Source of the DNA: Malacoraja senta
Taxonomy: Eukaryota
DNA length: 64,000 nt
Assembly: GCA_038087875.1 (NCBI GenBank)
Contig: CM075988.1
Coordinates: 10,046,001-10,110,000 of the forward strand
Direction: 5' to 3'
Part shown: one piece after another, positions 13,540 to 26,759 of the stretch
Position numbering within the stretch: position 1 is the stretch's first letter
How the letters are laid out: the number at the start of each line of letters is the position of its first letter
The notes under the pieces: model-generated
Database searches by the model: none
What the model was told of the DNA's origin: nothing
What the model saw: only the letters and a program-made list of their open reading frames with translations
Program-made: the position numbers and the translations under genes

Positions 13540-14347
13540 AGAAAAATACAGCAAAGAGAAATGACATAACAGCAAATGCAGAGCCTCCTGGATTTGAGCC
13601 CTTGTACAAGAAGTTTATCACCAATGCAATGTTCATGTATTGAAATGTGTACGCATTGAATTGGGAATGATGCATTATTCATCTCTGTGTTTTGCCGCTT
13701 TCTGGAAACAAAGGACCAACATGAAAGTGAGAAGATGTGATCTCATTAGTCACTCACTGCATTTGTTAACATTTACACTGTTAACATATCTGGACTGCTA
13801 TTACTGTGGAAACAAAGAGTCAGGGCTGGTGGGAATTCAAGCTAACAATCCAGCACAATTTTATTTTAAGGAGAGATTTTTGATTATGGTAGTGGCATGT
13901 TAAACTGGCTGATTTATTGAATCACAACCTCACATTAAAATAAGATCTCGAACCATAGTGGAAACCAGAATCTGGCAATTTCTTCTCCTGGAGTTATGGT
14001 GTATGGCCTCTAGCCTTCTGCACTTTTTTTGAAAATAAGTGTTTTAGACATAGTCAGTAAAAGATCCAATGTGGCAAATCACAAATGTTTTGTACACCTC
14101 AGGAGTTTCTCTTCTCCATGTAGCTTTCTTCTCACACATCACTGGTAAGGAACCTGACTCTATGCTTCTTGCTAACTATAACGAAGGTATCGTTGGCCGC
14201 TCATTTATTTGAGAACATAGGGTCGTTTGCAGGGCCAATAATGTTGGATTTCTTGAAGCTGGTTACCGAGTCTTGTGAGCCTAAGGAGTAGTCATTAGAC
14301 TCCACACAACCACTCAATGCACTGCTGAAGTTTAGAGAAACAACTTG

Positions 14348-16809
14348 TCAAGGCAAGTCAAGTCAAGAGAGTTTATTGTCATGTGTCCCAGAGAACAATG
14401 AAATTCTTGCTTGCTGCATCACAACAGAGTATTGTAAGCATACATAGAGAACAGTTCAGTGTGTCTCTGTAGCATAGACCATATATACACACATAAATAA
14501 ACAGATAAAGTGCAATAGGCTGTTATAGTCAGAGTTTGTTTGATGGCGAGTTTAATAGCCTGATGGCTGTGGGGAAGTAGCTGTTCCTGAACCTGGATGT
14601 GCCAGATTTCAGTCTCCTGTACCTTCTACCCGATGGCAGCAGAGAGATGAGTGTGTGGCCAGGATGGTGTGGGTCCTTGATGAAGTGGGCAGCCTTTTTG
14701 TGGCAGTGACTGCGATAGATTGCTTCGATGGTGGGGAGGTCAGAGCCGATGATGGACTGGGCAGTGGTCACAACTTTCTGCATTCTTTTCCGCTCCTGGA
14801 AGCTCAAGTTGCCGAACCAAGCCACGATGCAACATGTCAGTATGCTCTCTACTGTGCACCTGTAGAAGTTCGAGAGAGTCCTCTTTGACATACCGACTCT
14901 CCGTAATCTTCTCAGGAAGTAGAGGCGCTGATGTGCTTTCTTTATAATTGAATCAGTGTGTTGGGACCAGGAAAGATCTTCGGAAATATGCATGCCCAGG
15001 AATTTGATGTTTTTGACCCTTTCCACCATCATCCCGTTGATATAAACGGGATTGTGGGTCCCTATCCTACCCCTTTCAAAGTCCACAATCAGTTCCTTGG
15101 TATTGCTGGTGTTGAGAGCCAGGTTATTGTGCTGGCACCATTTGGTCAATCGGTCGATCTCACTTCTATACTCTAACTCGTCACCATCAGTGATTCGTCC
15201 CACAACAGTGGTGTATCAGCAAACTTGATGATGGAGTTCGCACTATGTCCAGCTACACAGTCATGGTTATAGAGTACAGCAGGGGGCTGAGCACGCAGCC
15301 TTGAGGTGCTCCCGTGCTGATTGTTATTGAGGATGACACATTTCCACCAATACGGACAGACTGTGGTCTGTGGATGAGGAAGTCGAGGATCCAATTGCAG
15401 AGGGATGCACAGAGACCCAGATCTGAGAGCTTGGTAACCAGTTTGGAGGGGATGATGGTGTTAAACGCTGAGCTGTAGTCAATGAATAACAGCCTGACAT
15501 ATGAGTTTCTGTAGTCCAAGTGGTCTAGAGCAGAGTGGAGAGCCAGTGAGATCGCATCCACCGTTGATCTGTTGTGGCGGTAAGCAAACTGCAGTGGGTC
15601 CAGTTTCTTATCGAGGTTGGAGCCATAATCAACCTCTCAAAGCACTTCATCACCACAGACATTAGTGCCACTAGTCGATAGACATTGAGGCACGTCACCT
15701 TGCTCTTCTTGGGCATCGGTATTATTGATGCCCTTTTAAAGCAGGTGGCAACCTCAGATCTCAGAAGTGAGAGGTTGAAATTGTCCGTAAAAACTCCAGC
15801 CATTTCGTCCGCACAGGTTTTTAGAACACGACCGGGTATGCCATCCTGTTCAGATTCTTTCCGAGGGTCCACCCCCCTGAAGGATCTTCTGACGTCGTCC
15901 TCTGTGACTGTGACTGAAATACCATCACGGCGAATGGGAGCTCGGGAAGGCAAATCAGTGTTCTCCCTATCAAAGCGTGCGTAAAACGCATTGAGCTCGT
16001 CAGGGAGTGATGCTTCGCTGAAAATTGAGCTGCCTCCTGATTTCGCCTTGTAGGAGGTGATGGCATTCAAGCCCTGCCACAGTTGCCGAACATCCGTCTC
16101 ATCCTCCAGCTTGGAGCAGAAGTCCCTTTTGGCCTTTTTGATGGCCTTCCCAAGGTCGTATCTGGAATTCTTGTAGACCTCTGCATCTCCAAACCTGAAT
16201 GCCCGGGATCTGGACTTCAGAAGAATGCGGATCTCATGGTTCATCCAAGGCTTCTGGTTAGGAAACACTTTTGTTGGGACGCAGTCCTCCACACATTTCT
16301 ATATGAAGTCTGTAACGACAGTGGCATATTCATTCAGGTCCATTGCCGAGTCCCTGACCATTGCCCAGTCTACAGACTCCTGGAGTTGTTCCTCTACCCC
16401 ACACCCCCCCCTCCCCCGACCAGCTCTGTACAGTCCTCACCTCTGGGGGTGCGCTCTTCAATTGCTGCCTGTAGGCAGGAAGCAGCAGCACCGCAGTATA
16501 GTCGGATTTACCGAATTGAGGGCGAGGGATAGAGCGATAGGCGTCTTTGAATGTCGTGTAGCAGTGGCCGAGGGTGTTTGATCCTCTGGTGCTGCAGGAG
16601 ACATGTTGGTGGAAGTTAGGGAGCGATTTTTTCAGGTTGGCTTTGTTGAAGTCCCCGGCTATGGTGGTAAACGCCTCGGGGTAAGCTGTCTGGTGCTTGT
16701 TGACCACGGCATGCAGCTCCCCCAGTGCCAGATGGACCTCAGCCTGGGGTGGGATGTCGACCGCGGTCAGGATGATGGAGGTGAATTCCCTTGGTAGGTA
16801 GAAGGGATT
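14348..16809 (-). mobile_element. Rex1/Babar non-LTR retrotransposon, 5'-truncated and frameshifted (APE endonuclease C-terminal half, RT, C-terminal domain)
   Basis: Consecutive minus-strand ORFs: FYLPREFTSIILTAVDIPP...GDFNKANL...TLGHCYT (APE); [65 protein letters not shown]. (CTTGA)n 3' tail, and CAACTTG repeated at 14341-14347 and 16810-16816 (TSD). Confidence 0.92.
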
Positions 16810-16844
16810 CAACTTGGAAGTAGACCCTTCGACCCACTTGGTCA

Positions 16845-17115
16845 ACAACAATCATCAATCGCCAGTTCACATAAGTTCCATGTTATTCCACTTTCTCATC
16901 CACTCTCTACACACTAGGGGCAATTTAAAGAGGCCAAATAACCTACAAAGCTGCACATCTTTGGGATGTGAGAGGAAACCGGGGCACCTGGTTGAAACCC
17001 ACGTGTTCGCAGGGAGAACATGCAAATTCCACACAGACAACATCTGAGATTGTGATTGAACCCAGGACTCTGGCGCTGTGGGTCAGCAGGTCTGTCAGCT
17101 GCACCACTGCACCAA
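16845..17115 (-). mobile_element. V-SINE (HE1-like)
   Basis: V-domain and tRNA-like head on the minus strand. Confidence 0.7.
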
Positions 17116-17233
17116 CCCACATGTGGAAGCCTCTGTTCTCAAATTGGAGATGCAACCAGATACTTATTAATGAAAGGTGCATTTTTTCTCTGCAAGGCCA
17201 TGTGGCTCAGGGAATTGGCCCATGATATTATCC

Positions 17234-18209
17234 TGAGGAGGAGGAGGAGCCATCTTGGGGAACGGCTGCTTATCAGCAGCCGTCCGTTTAATTCACTTTT
17301 TTTTTGTAGTTCTAGTGAGTCCTGTGTTTTGCTTGTGGGAGAAATCGACTTTTTAATGTAGGGCGAAGGGGGTAACTATATTTCTAGGTCCCTACCTGGT
17401 CGGTGAGGCAGCTTTTTCTCCGGGCTGCCCTGTCGACCCGTCCTCGTAGCCTACCAGCGGGCGTGGAGCGCCGTTTCCTGGCGGGGACCACCCAGCACCT
17501 CGGCTTCGGTGGCGGCACAGCGCTGGAGCACTATCGTGGAGCGGAGCAGGCGATGCCTTGCCTGGGTCGCCGCGCTGGATCAACGCGCTGGAGCTCCGGT
17601 GAGCTGTGACCGCCAAGTTCAACACTTCTGGGCTGCGGGTCTGCGGAGAGGAGCGGGCGGCGCCGACTTCAACATCGGGAGCCTGGGAGCTCCAAACCGG
17701 CGCGGCCTTGTCGGCTTCGGAATCCGCGGTCTCCGGTAAGGAATTGCGGCCGTTCCAGGTGGCCCAGCCGCTGAGAGGACTCTCCCGACGCTGGGTCAAC
17801 AGCACCCGGCGAGAACGGCCAGGAACATCGGGCCTCCGTAGAGGCAATAGCGGAGGCCTCAATAGGCCTGACTTTAGGAGAACTGGGGATGGGGACTGGA
17901 CATTGTGCCTTCCCCCACAGTGGTAACCATTGTGGGGGGATGATTTTTGTGTGTAAGTGACTATTTTAGTCTGTGTCCAAGATGGCTGTCGGAAGGGAGA
18001 GTGTACGCTGGCGCGGTTTAGCTGCCGCTGCTCTCTCTTCACATTGTGTTTCTGATTTTTTGTCTTTGGATCGAATTCTGTCTTTAATTTGTGTATTGGT
18101 GATGTCTTTATAATTTATTTTACTCCGATTATATGTTTTTTACTTGTTAAATTCTGTAAGGTGTCCTTGAGACTCTTGAAAGGCGCCCATAAATAAAATG
18201 TATTATTAT
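17234..18209 (+). mobile_element. GC-rich non-autonomous retroelement with L2-like 3' tail (family copy A)
   Basis: Starts near GCCATCTTG and has a CpG-rich non-coding body. Ends GTAAGGTGTCCTTGAG...GAAAGGCGCCCATAAATAAAATG(TAT)n. TATTATCC flanks both sides (17226-17233 and 18210-18217). Confidence 0.7.
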
Positions 18210-18297
18210 TATTATCCCTCCACAAGAAGCACTCGATTTGTGTTATTCACATGACCTACTTCACATCTGCTTTAGTGAGCACGTTAACAAGACCAAG

Positions 18298-19465
18298 ATG
18301 TATAAAATCATGAGAGGAATGGATCGGGTAGATGCACAGAATCTCTTGCCCAGAGTAGGGGAATCGAAGACCAGAGAACATAGATTTAAGGTGAAGGGGA
18401 AAAGATTTAATAGGAATCCGAGGGGTAACCTTTTCACACAAAGGGTGGTGGGTGTATGGAACAAGCTGCCAGACGAGGTAGTTGAGGCTGGGACTATTCC
18501 AATGTTTAAGAAATAGTTAGACAGGTACATAATAATAATAATAATAATAAGTTTATTTATATAGCACATTTTCCAATCGATTTAACTCAAAAGCCAAAGT
18601 GCTTTACAGTTACTAACCAAACAAATAATAAAAAGAGATAGAAAAAATGACAACACACTATAAGAAATTTTACACAAACACGAACATCCCCCCACAGTAG
18701 AATCTACACTCTCCACTGTGAGGGAAGGCACTAAAATGTCCAGTCCTCCTCCTCCTCCTAGTCCACCCGAGGTCGGGGCCAGTCTGAGGCCACTGCAGCC
18801 AGTCGCCGCAACGGCAGCCCGCTGTTGTTTGCCCACCCGCATCGGGTGGAAAAGTCCTCAGCAGCTTGGAAATGTCTGGAGCGGCCGCTCCTTCCCCGGA
18901 GACTGCGACGCCCGCGGACTTCAGGCCGCGCCGGTTGGAGCTTCGACTCCGCGGTGTTTTTGATCCAGCGCCGCCCGCCCGTGGCGGGATGCCCTCAAAC
19001 CGCAGACCGCAGACCACGGCTGCTCGATGTTGGTGGTCGGCGGTCACAGCACTCCGGAGCGGCGACCCGACAAGGCATCGCCCGCTCCCTGCTGATGTCC
19101 CAGCGCTGTGCCGCCGAAGCTGTGGTCCCCGGCAGGAAACGCCGCTCCAGCCCGATGGAAGGCCGCATGGGGAGACCGGAGACGCGATTCGGAGGAAAAC
19201 CGCATCTCCGACCAGGTAGGACTGGGGTTAAACAGTTCCCCCCCCCCACATAGAAAGAATAGACTCCAAATAATAAAAAAATAAAAAATATTCAAACAAT
19301 AAAAGAGTTAGACGACAGACTGCAGGCAGGCTGCCATACAAACGGCGCCCACTCCTGCACATCCGCCATCTTGAATTTTGGATAGTTATGAGGGATATGG
19401 ACCAAACACAGGCAGGTTGGACTAGTGGAGCTGGGGCATGTTGGCCAGTGTATCACTCTATGACT
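18298..19465 (+). mobile_element. CR1 LINE 3' end, interrupted by the element at 18531-19379
   Basis: Translates MYKIMRGMDRVDAQNLLPRVGESKTREHRFKVKG...FTQRVVGVWNKLP. The UTR breaks at GGTACAT (18530) and resumes at GGATAG (19380). Confidence 0.85.
18531..19379 (-). mobile_element. GC-rich non-autonomous retroelement with L2-like tail (family copy B)
   Basis: 5' CAAGATGGCG. Shares CCTACCTGGTCGG...CGTTTCCTG and GTGCCTTCCCTCACAGTGG blocks with copy A. Tail TGTAAAGCACTTTGG...GTGCTATATAAATAAAC(TAT)n. Cleanly splits a CR1 UTR. Confidence 0.75.
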
Positions 19466-21964
19466 GTAGGATCCATCACTGACCACATTTAAGTTGGCGA
19501 CTGGAATGATCAGCGTCAGGAAGGGAAAAAAAAGGACAGAAAATGTCGGAAACACTCAACAGGTCCGTCTGCATCTGTAAGAAAAACAGAGTTAACAATT
19601 TAGATGTGGAATCTGCTTCTTCAGACACGTTGCTCAAACAATGTCACAAGACTCAAACCTTACGGATTATGAAAAACTAATTATTATTTCATCACATTGT
19701 AAAAAGCAATATTGGTGACCCACAGCACTTCCATGAATGTTTATGATTTTATTAAAATGATAATTCCATAAAAGGAGTTTTAAGGAATTGCAGCCTCTAA
19801 AATCTTGGACAAAGAATCCGTGCTGGAGCAACTCAAAGGCCCAGGCACCATACTTTGAGGGAATTGCACAGTCAACATTTCAGGTTGTCCCAATCCGGAG
19901 CTCTGCCTGTCCATTTCCCTCCACAGATGTTACCTGACCTGCTGAATCCCACACATGTCAGCACGGGGCCACAAGGGGCAGCACAGTGGCTCAGCATTAG
20001 AGTTTGTGCCTTACAGTGCCAGAGACCCAGGTTCGATCCTGACTATGGGTGCTGTGTGTATGGCGTTTGTACATTCTCACGTGATCCTCGTGATCAAGTG
20101 AGTTTTCTCTGGCTGCTCCGGTTTCCTCCCACATTACAAAGATGTACAGGTTTTTAGGTTAATTGGCTTCTGTAAATTTCCACTAGGGTCCCTGGATGAT
20201 GAAAAGGAATGAGTGAAAGAAAGGCGGATAGCAAGGAACCACTGGGATTTGTGAGTGAAAAGGAGGAGAAGATGTGTATGCTGGTTGAGCCTCATTCAAG
20301 GTGGTGGAAACTACAGAGGAAATGACACGATTTATGTATATACAGAAGGTCCAACTTTCTTTCTGATTTGTTTCCAACCTATGCTCATGGCCTGTGCAGC
20401 TATCCAGCAAAGAGTTGGGATGCATTGGGAGCGCAGCTGGTAGAGCTGGTGCCTCACAGCATTAGAGACCATGGTTCGACCCTGACCTCAGGTGCGTCTG
20501 TGCCGTCACACGCTCCCCGTGACTGCGTGGCTTTCCTCCGGGTGTTCCAGTTTCCTTCCACATCCCAAGACATGAAGGTTGATTGGCTCTCTGTAAATTA
20601 CCACTAGTGTGTAAGAAGTGGTGGGAAAGTGTAATGACATAGAACTAGTGTGAACTTGTGATCAATGATAGGCGTGGACTCGGTGTGCTGAAGGCCATGT
20701 TTCCACGCTGTGTCTCTTAGTGCGTAGAGAGTGGACGTGAAAGTGAGATAACATAAAACTAGTGTGAATGGGTGATCGATGGTTGGCGTAAATTGGGTGG
20801 GCTGAAGGACCTGTTTCCATGGACCTGTTTGATCCATTCAATCAACAAGGGATCATCACAAATAGCCGTGGGAAGAGTAATTATCATCAATCACCAGGAT
20901 GGGTAGCGGGTCAGGTTGAAGAAATATATAGGTACATTGAAAACACTTTTCTGTGGATGTTACTGAGATAATAATTAAATTTTGAATGTTTGCAGTAAGC
21001 GACAATTTATGTTAAAAGGGAAGAAACCAAACATTATAAAAAAGCTAATTGCTATTTAATCACTTTGCAACAAGCAATACTGATGATTTCTAACAATCTC
21101 AAATGAATGGTTATGATTACAGTAGAATAATGATTAATATTACAATAAATCTGTCGCTGGAGTACAGTGTCTGGTTTATAAATATTAAATGTATTTCAGA
21201 CTGCGTTGTTAATAATTCATAAATTCATAGGTCTTCTGTGTAAATGCTCATTGCGAGTCGGAGGATTACACCACCACTCAGTGAGAGGAGTGTTCAATCA
21301 CGTTGAGTCCTCTGTACAATCTCTGTGGTTGTCTAAAGGAGAGGAGATTGAGTGTACGATGGTTCAATAGATCCTTTATTGTCACGTGTAGCAGGTACAG
21401 TGAATACATTTTTTGCATACAGCTCAGCAAGATTATCCCCATACACTAGTACAATCACCCCGATCAGTGCAGTATGCACAGAACAGCCCACCGAGTCCAT
21501 ATGGAAGAGGCATGATTTTGGTGCCATTTTAAAGACCCAACAGCAGTTGGCCACAAAGACCGTTGCAGCCGTCACCTCCATTTCGGTCGTCCCTCTCCAA
21601 GCCTGGCCCTCTTCAGCCCTCGTTCCCCTTGTATTATATGTGGCAGAGTTTTGAAGAATGATAGCTGTTCTCATCGCAATGCATAGCATGGCAGGGGGAT
21701 ATGCGAAGAGTATATTTCCTTCGAACGATAGCGAAATCTCACAGTCACAGAAAATGGGCCAGGAGTGCGATGAGAGGGTAATGAATCTTTGGAAATGATT
21801 ACACATGGAGCATTTAGTACAAGAATCATGTGCTGCGTGGATTATGTGGGAAGGCTGAATTAAGGTCAGATTAGCTATGAGAGTGAATGCTTGAGATGCA
21901 GAACATGCTTGAGAGACAGAACAGCCAATACCTGCTCCCATTTCTCAGCCACATTTCATGAAAT

Positions 21965-22690
21965 GTAATATTTTATTATCACATGTGACAAGGCACAGTG
22001 AAATGATTTGCTTGTATTTACACCATGTATACAAATAGCGGCCACCTATGGCGCTGGACAAAGTTACAAAGCATGCCGGCTCCTCCTTTTGTTCTCCCCC
22101 CCCACCCCCCACACACAGCATGTCCCCCACACCGGGTCCCCATTGTCCTTTGTTTCCTCCCGCCTATTGTTCATTGTTTACCCCCCACGGCGGACCCCAC
22201 ACAGGGTCCTCCATTGTTCTTCCCATCTCATTGACAGTGGGTTGACCCATGAGGCATCGCCGCCACCGTGAGGCTTCACCACCGCCAAGGCCCCATCGTC
22301 ACAAGGCTTCACCGCTGCCACCGCTTCACTGTCGCCGAAGCCCCACCATTGCCGACGCCCCACTTCACGTGTCCGTCTCTTCTGTCGGTCAGCGCCATCA
22401 TTGGCTGCCGCACCGACCTCCCCACAATGCTGCCGAGTCCTCTCCTGAAGCCTCCGTGGTGCCGACCCACGCCCCAGCCATGGGCTCTGTTGGCTGATCC
22501 GCCAACCCAGAATCCGAGCCGCGAAGCCCGGCTCCTCCGATCGACCTGCGAGGCCCCGGCATAGGCTTGTTGAATGATGAATGGCATGGAAGTCACCACC
22601 ACCACCTCACCTGGCTTCCAGTCCTCCAATACTTCTGAATGTCCCCCAACATTTCTGTAATCTTCTACCAACTATCTTAAATCTATGAGC
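21965..22690 (-). mobile_element. GC-rich non-coding element with a Rex-type 3' tail and internal short tandem repeats
   Basis: Reverse tail TTTCACTGTGCCTTGTCACATGTGATAATAAA, and repeated AGGCTTCACC(A/G)C motifs at 22270-22330. Confidence 0.5.
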
Positions 22691-23799
22691 AAAAACGCAA
22701 AGTACTGGAGTAACTCAGTGGGTCAGGCAACATCTCTGAAAAACATGGATAAGTTTTGTTTTGGGTCAGAATCATTCTGCTGTCCGTAGAAGGGTTTGAC
22801 ATGAAACGTCGCCTATCAGTGTTCTGGAATACTGGAGTGACTCCATGGGTTATGCAGCTTCTGGAGAACAGGGATAGGTGGCATTTCAGGTTGGGACTCT
22901 TCTTCAGACAGATTGTGGGAAGGGGTGGGGGTGTAAGAAAGCTGGAAAAAAGGAGGGGCAGGAGAAAGTCTGGCAGGTAATGGGGATGGGGGGGAAGGGT
23001 TATAGGGAAGTGGTGGACAAAGTCTAGGGATTAAAAGACAGAAAGTGTGAGGCAAAAGGTGCTGTTCTTCCAATTTGCTCTGAGGTACTGTTCCTCCAAT
23101 TTGCGCTGGGCCTCACTCTAACAATGGAGGAAGCCCAGGACAAAAAGGTCATTATGAGAATGGGAAGATACGTTAAAATGGTTAGCAACAAAAATGTCCC
23201 AACCGCAGATTTCCTTGGGATACCTGTCCTCCTTGCATTGTGACCTTCCCAACCTTCATCGATCTATTTGTGTTGCTAAGCCTTCAGCTGCAAGAGCCAT
23301 CAACTCTGTGATTCCTTTCATGAACTATTCGGTCTCTATGCAGTACTCCTTAAAATTTACCTTTGCAACCACACTTTTCATTGACTTTTCCAGTGACTCT
23401 TCGTAGCTGAAATTACAGATATTGTTCGATAAAGCTCCTGTGGTGCACTTTGAAACATTCTAAATGGGAAGGAAATACAGAAGAGTTACCAAAGAGTATA
23501 TCAGATTCATTGGAAAGTGACCCAGAGGGGAGCTGAGGAGAACCTCTTGGAGTGATCTGAAACACATTGATATAAGGCAGATTCAGCTGTATCTTTTAAA
23601 TGGAAATTACGAAAGGCGGAAAAAAGTGGTGAATGAGCACAGAAATTGTCCTAATTTGATACAGGAGCAAAGGTACTCCAGAAATTAGAATAGAAAGCAG
23701 AGAACCCTAGAAATATTCATCGCGTCAGGTAGGGCCAATATAGACACACTGTTCAAACCATTGGTTTAATACAATATGTTCTGATCTAATCCAATTCAG

Positions 23800-24095
23800 G
23801 GGTGCCACAGTGGCACAGCGGTAGAGTTGCAGCCTCACAGTGCCAGATTCTGACTATGGGTGCTGTCTGTATGGAGTTTGTACGTTCTCCCTGTGACCAC
23901 GTGTGGTTTCTCTGGGTGCTCCGGTTTCCTTCCACATTCCAAAGACGTACAGATTTGTAGGTTAATTGGCTTAGGTTAAATTGTAAATTATCTCCAGTGT
24001 GAAAGACATTGCTGGTGCATGGGGTAATCGCTGGTCAGTGTACACTCGGTGGGTTGAAGGGTCTGTTTCCGTACTGTATCTCTCTAAAGTCTAAT
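23800..24095 (+). mobile_element. V-SINE (HE1-like)
   Basis: GTGGCACAGCGGTAGAGTTG head, V-domain and CTCTAAAGTCTAA tail. Confidence 0.8.
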
Positions 24096-25038
24096 CAAGT
24101 TGTTCAAGAACATTGTGTAAGAAGGAACTGCAGATGCTGGTTTAAACCAAAGATAGACACAAAAAGCTGGAATAACTCAGCCAGACAGGCAGCATCTCTG
24201 GAGAGAAGGAATGGGTGACGTTTTGGGTCGAGATCCAATTGTTCTGTTAAACAATTAGCAACAAGTAAAAATATCAAAGATAGACACAAAAAGCTGGAGT
24301 AACTCAACGTGTCAGGCAGCTTTTCTGGAGAATAGTAATAGGTGACGTTTCGGTTTGAGACCCTTCTTCACATTGAGAGTCAGGGAAAAGGGAAACAAGA
24401 GATAAAGAAGGTAAATAGAACAAATGAATGAAAGATATGCAAAAAGCAACAAAGATCAATGAAAGGTGGATCCCACAATGGTTCAATGTTGGGCTGTGGG
24501 GTAGGTGAAAATGAGTTATAAATAAAGGGATTACGAGTAAAAATATTAGTTTGCCCCATTTACAGACATTTGAACAGGTACATGGATAGGAAAGGTTTGG
24601 AGGGATATGGGGTGAATATGCAGGTGGGACTAGTGTAAATGGGGCATCTGGGTCGGCATGTGCATGTTGGGCCAAAGAGCTTGTTTCCATGCCATATGAC
24701 TCTATTACTCTATTAAGATAAATACGATTTGACCTTTTCTGCTGTCATGATAGCTGACAACATCATATATGAGAGATTTTAATATTTATGGCCATTGGCA
24801 ACACAGACAAACAAAAAAATCCACACAATAGGTGTAAAATCTATTTTTATAAGCATGATTAAGCAACTTCCTCTCACATGACAGGCATGTCATGTGAATG
24901 GCTTTCAAATAGCCATTGCATCCTTTATCTCTCTGTCCCTCCCACACCTAATTGTTGTACAAGTTTCACTATCGTCCTGTTGAGTTTCACTGTATAACTC
25001 GTTTTCACCTAGCCCCCAGCCAACATTGGACCACCTTT

Positions 25039-25181
25039 GTTTAAGAAGGAACTGCAGATGCTGGAAAATCGAAGGTACACAAAAATGCTGGAGAAACTCA
25101 GCGGGTGCAGCAGCATCTATGGAGCGAAGGAAATAGGCAACGTTTCGGGCCGAAACCCTTCTTCAGACTGATGGACTCAAA
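25039..25181 (-). mobile_element. Solo Penelope-like tail with hammerhead motif, flanked by a 12-bp direct repeat
   Basis: TGGACCACCTTT at 25027-25038 and 25182-25193. Minus strand CTGAAGAAGGGTTTCGGCCCGAAACGTT at 25139-25166. Confidence 0.75.
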
Positions 25182-25293
25182 TGGACCACCTTTTCTTGAT
25201 CATCTTTACTTTTTGCATATCTTTCATTCATTTTTTCTCTATCTCTCTATAGCACGGTCTATATCTCTCTTTTCCCTTTCCCCTGACTCAAAT

Positions 25294-25321
25294 CTGAAGA
25301 AGGGTCTTGACGCGAAACGTC
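25294..25321 (+). ncRNA. Minimal hammerhead ribozyme motif in a Penelope-like tail
   Basis: CTGAAGA-AGGGTCTTGACGC-GAAA-CGTC: intact core, one mismatch in stem II. Confidence 0.6.
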
Positions 25322-25880
25322 ACCTATTTTTTTTGTCCAGAGATGCTGCTTGACCCGCTGAGTTACTTCAACTTTTTTTGTCTATCTTTGGTTTAATTGA
25401 GCTGCTCACTACATTCTAGGCACATTAACCATTATCAGTGTTTGTTAGCAATGATTGTTGCACATGTCACAAAAGTTTGATAAAGTAGCATGTACATCAC
25501 TATTCTAAATTGATGACATAGTTCTCGCTGTCTTCTCCATCATATTACAGAAACAGAGTTCATATTTCAATTATCTTTTATAAAGCATGATCTGCTAGTT
25601 AGCTGGGTTAACTGATCTCCAGAAAACCAGAGTGTCCATGAACATGGGGCAGAAGCATCAGTGTCCCTGTTCACACATTAGACGCTTGAGTAAAGCAAAG
25701 GAGGTTCTGTGGTTTCAGTTCAGACTCACAGGAGAGAATAGAAAATTGAAAAAGAAAATGCACAATTAATTTCATTTTACATTTTGTCAGTTACAGTGGA
25801 ACCCTGCTGCCTCATGCTGACCTTCTGACAAAGGCAATCTCATGGGTTCTTAATGCCCATTTATTTAACTGTTCAATGTA

Positions 25881-26076
25881 CAGCTGATCCTCGGCCTACG
25901 ATGGGGTTACGTAAAAACCCAACATAAATCGAAAATATCGTAAGTCGAAAGCGCATTTAATACAATGTGATCACGTGGCCGGAAATGACGTGCGGCTTGC
26001 TGATGTTGCCCAGCGTTTGCACCATCGTAAAATCAAGATATCGTAGGTCGAAGCATCATAAATTGGGAAGCATCTG
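25881..26076. mobile_element. Tigger/pogo-type (Tc1-mariner) MITE
   Basis: TA|CAGCTGATCCTCGGCCTACGATG ... CATCATAAATTGGGAAGCATCTG|TA: imperfect TIRs, TA TSD and repeated ATCGTAAGTCGAA motifs. Confidence 0.8.
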
Positions 26077-26187
26077 TAAATATATAAAGCGAGGATATGG
26101 AACCAGGGCAATAGAAATACATTTTGAAAAGTTTCATAACCAGAGTCATTAGAAGTAATGCATGTCACACAGCGCTATTCAACATTA

Positions 26188-26620
26188 AACATAGAAACAT
26201 AGAAACATAGAAAATAGGTGCAGGAGTAGGCTATTCGGCCCTTCGAGCCTGCACCGCCATTCGATATGATCATGGCTGATCATCCAACTCAGTATCCCAT
26301 CCCTGCCTTCTCTCCATACCCCCTGATCCCTTTAGCCACAAGGGCCACATCTAACTCCCTCTTAAATATAGCCAATGAACTGGCCTCAACTACCTTCTGA
26401 GGCAGAGAATTCCACAGATTCACCACTCTCTGTGTAAAAAATGATTTTCTCATCTCAGTCCTAAAAGACTTCCCTCTTATCCTTAAACTGTGACCCCTAG
26501 TTCTGGACTTCCCCAACATCGGGAATAATCTTCCTGCATCTAGCCTGTCCAACCCCTTAAGAATTTTGTAAGTTTCTATAAGATCCCCCCTCAATCTTCT
26601 AAATTCTAGCGAGTACAAGT
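26188..26620 (-). mobile_element. Young CR1 LINE 3' end
   Basis: ORF 26289-26618 YSLEFRRLRGDLIETYKILKGLDRLDAGRLFPMLGKSRTRGHSL...FFTQRVVNLWNSLP, with a (TTTCTATG)n tail. Confidence 0.92.
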
Positions 26621-26759
26621 CGATCTAGCATGTACAAGCCGTTAAATAATTCACTGATTTGCTGTATGTGAAGGTTTACGTAAATATTACCAATGAGATA
26701 ACTCAGAAGCAGAGCAGCATTTCGATGCCAAAATCTTTTCTATTTAGCAGTTAAAATAA

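Noticed and set aside
14529..16851. Active Rex1 LINE
   Set aside because: 5'-truncated, split over four frames, and the FADD catalytic motif is disrupted by a frameshift near 15213.
17392..19295. Many overlapping 60-216 aa ORFs on both strands (also 21945-22671 and 61605-62340)
   Set aside because: Stop-poor GC-rich repeat bodies, with no domain motifs and no frame conserved between family copies.
21333..21941. 202-aa ORF as a host gene
   Set aside because: Crosses repeat-derived sequence including a Rex-type tail, with no recognisable domain.
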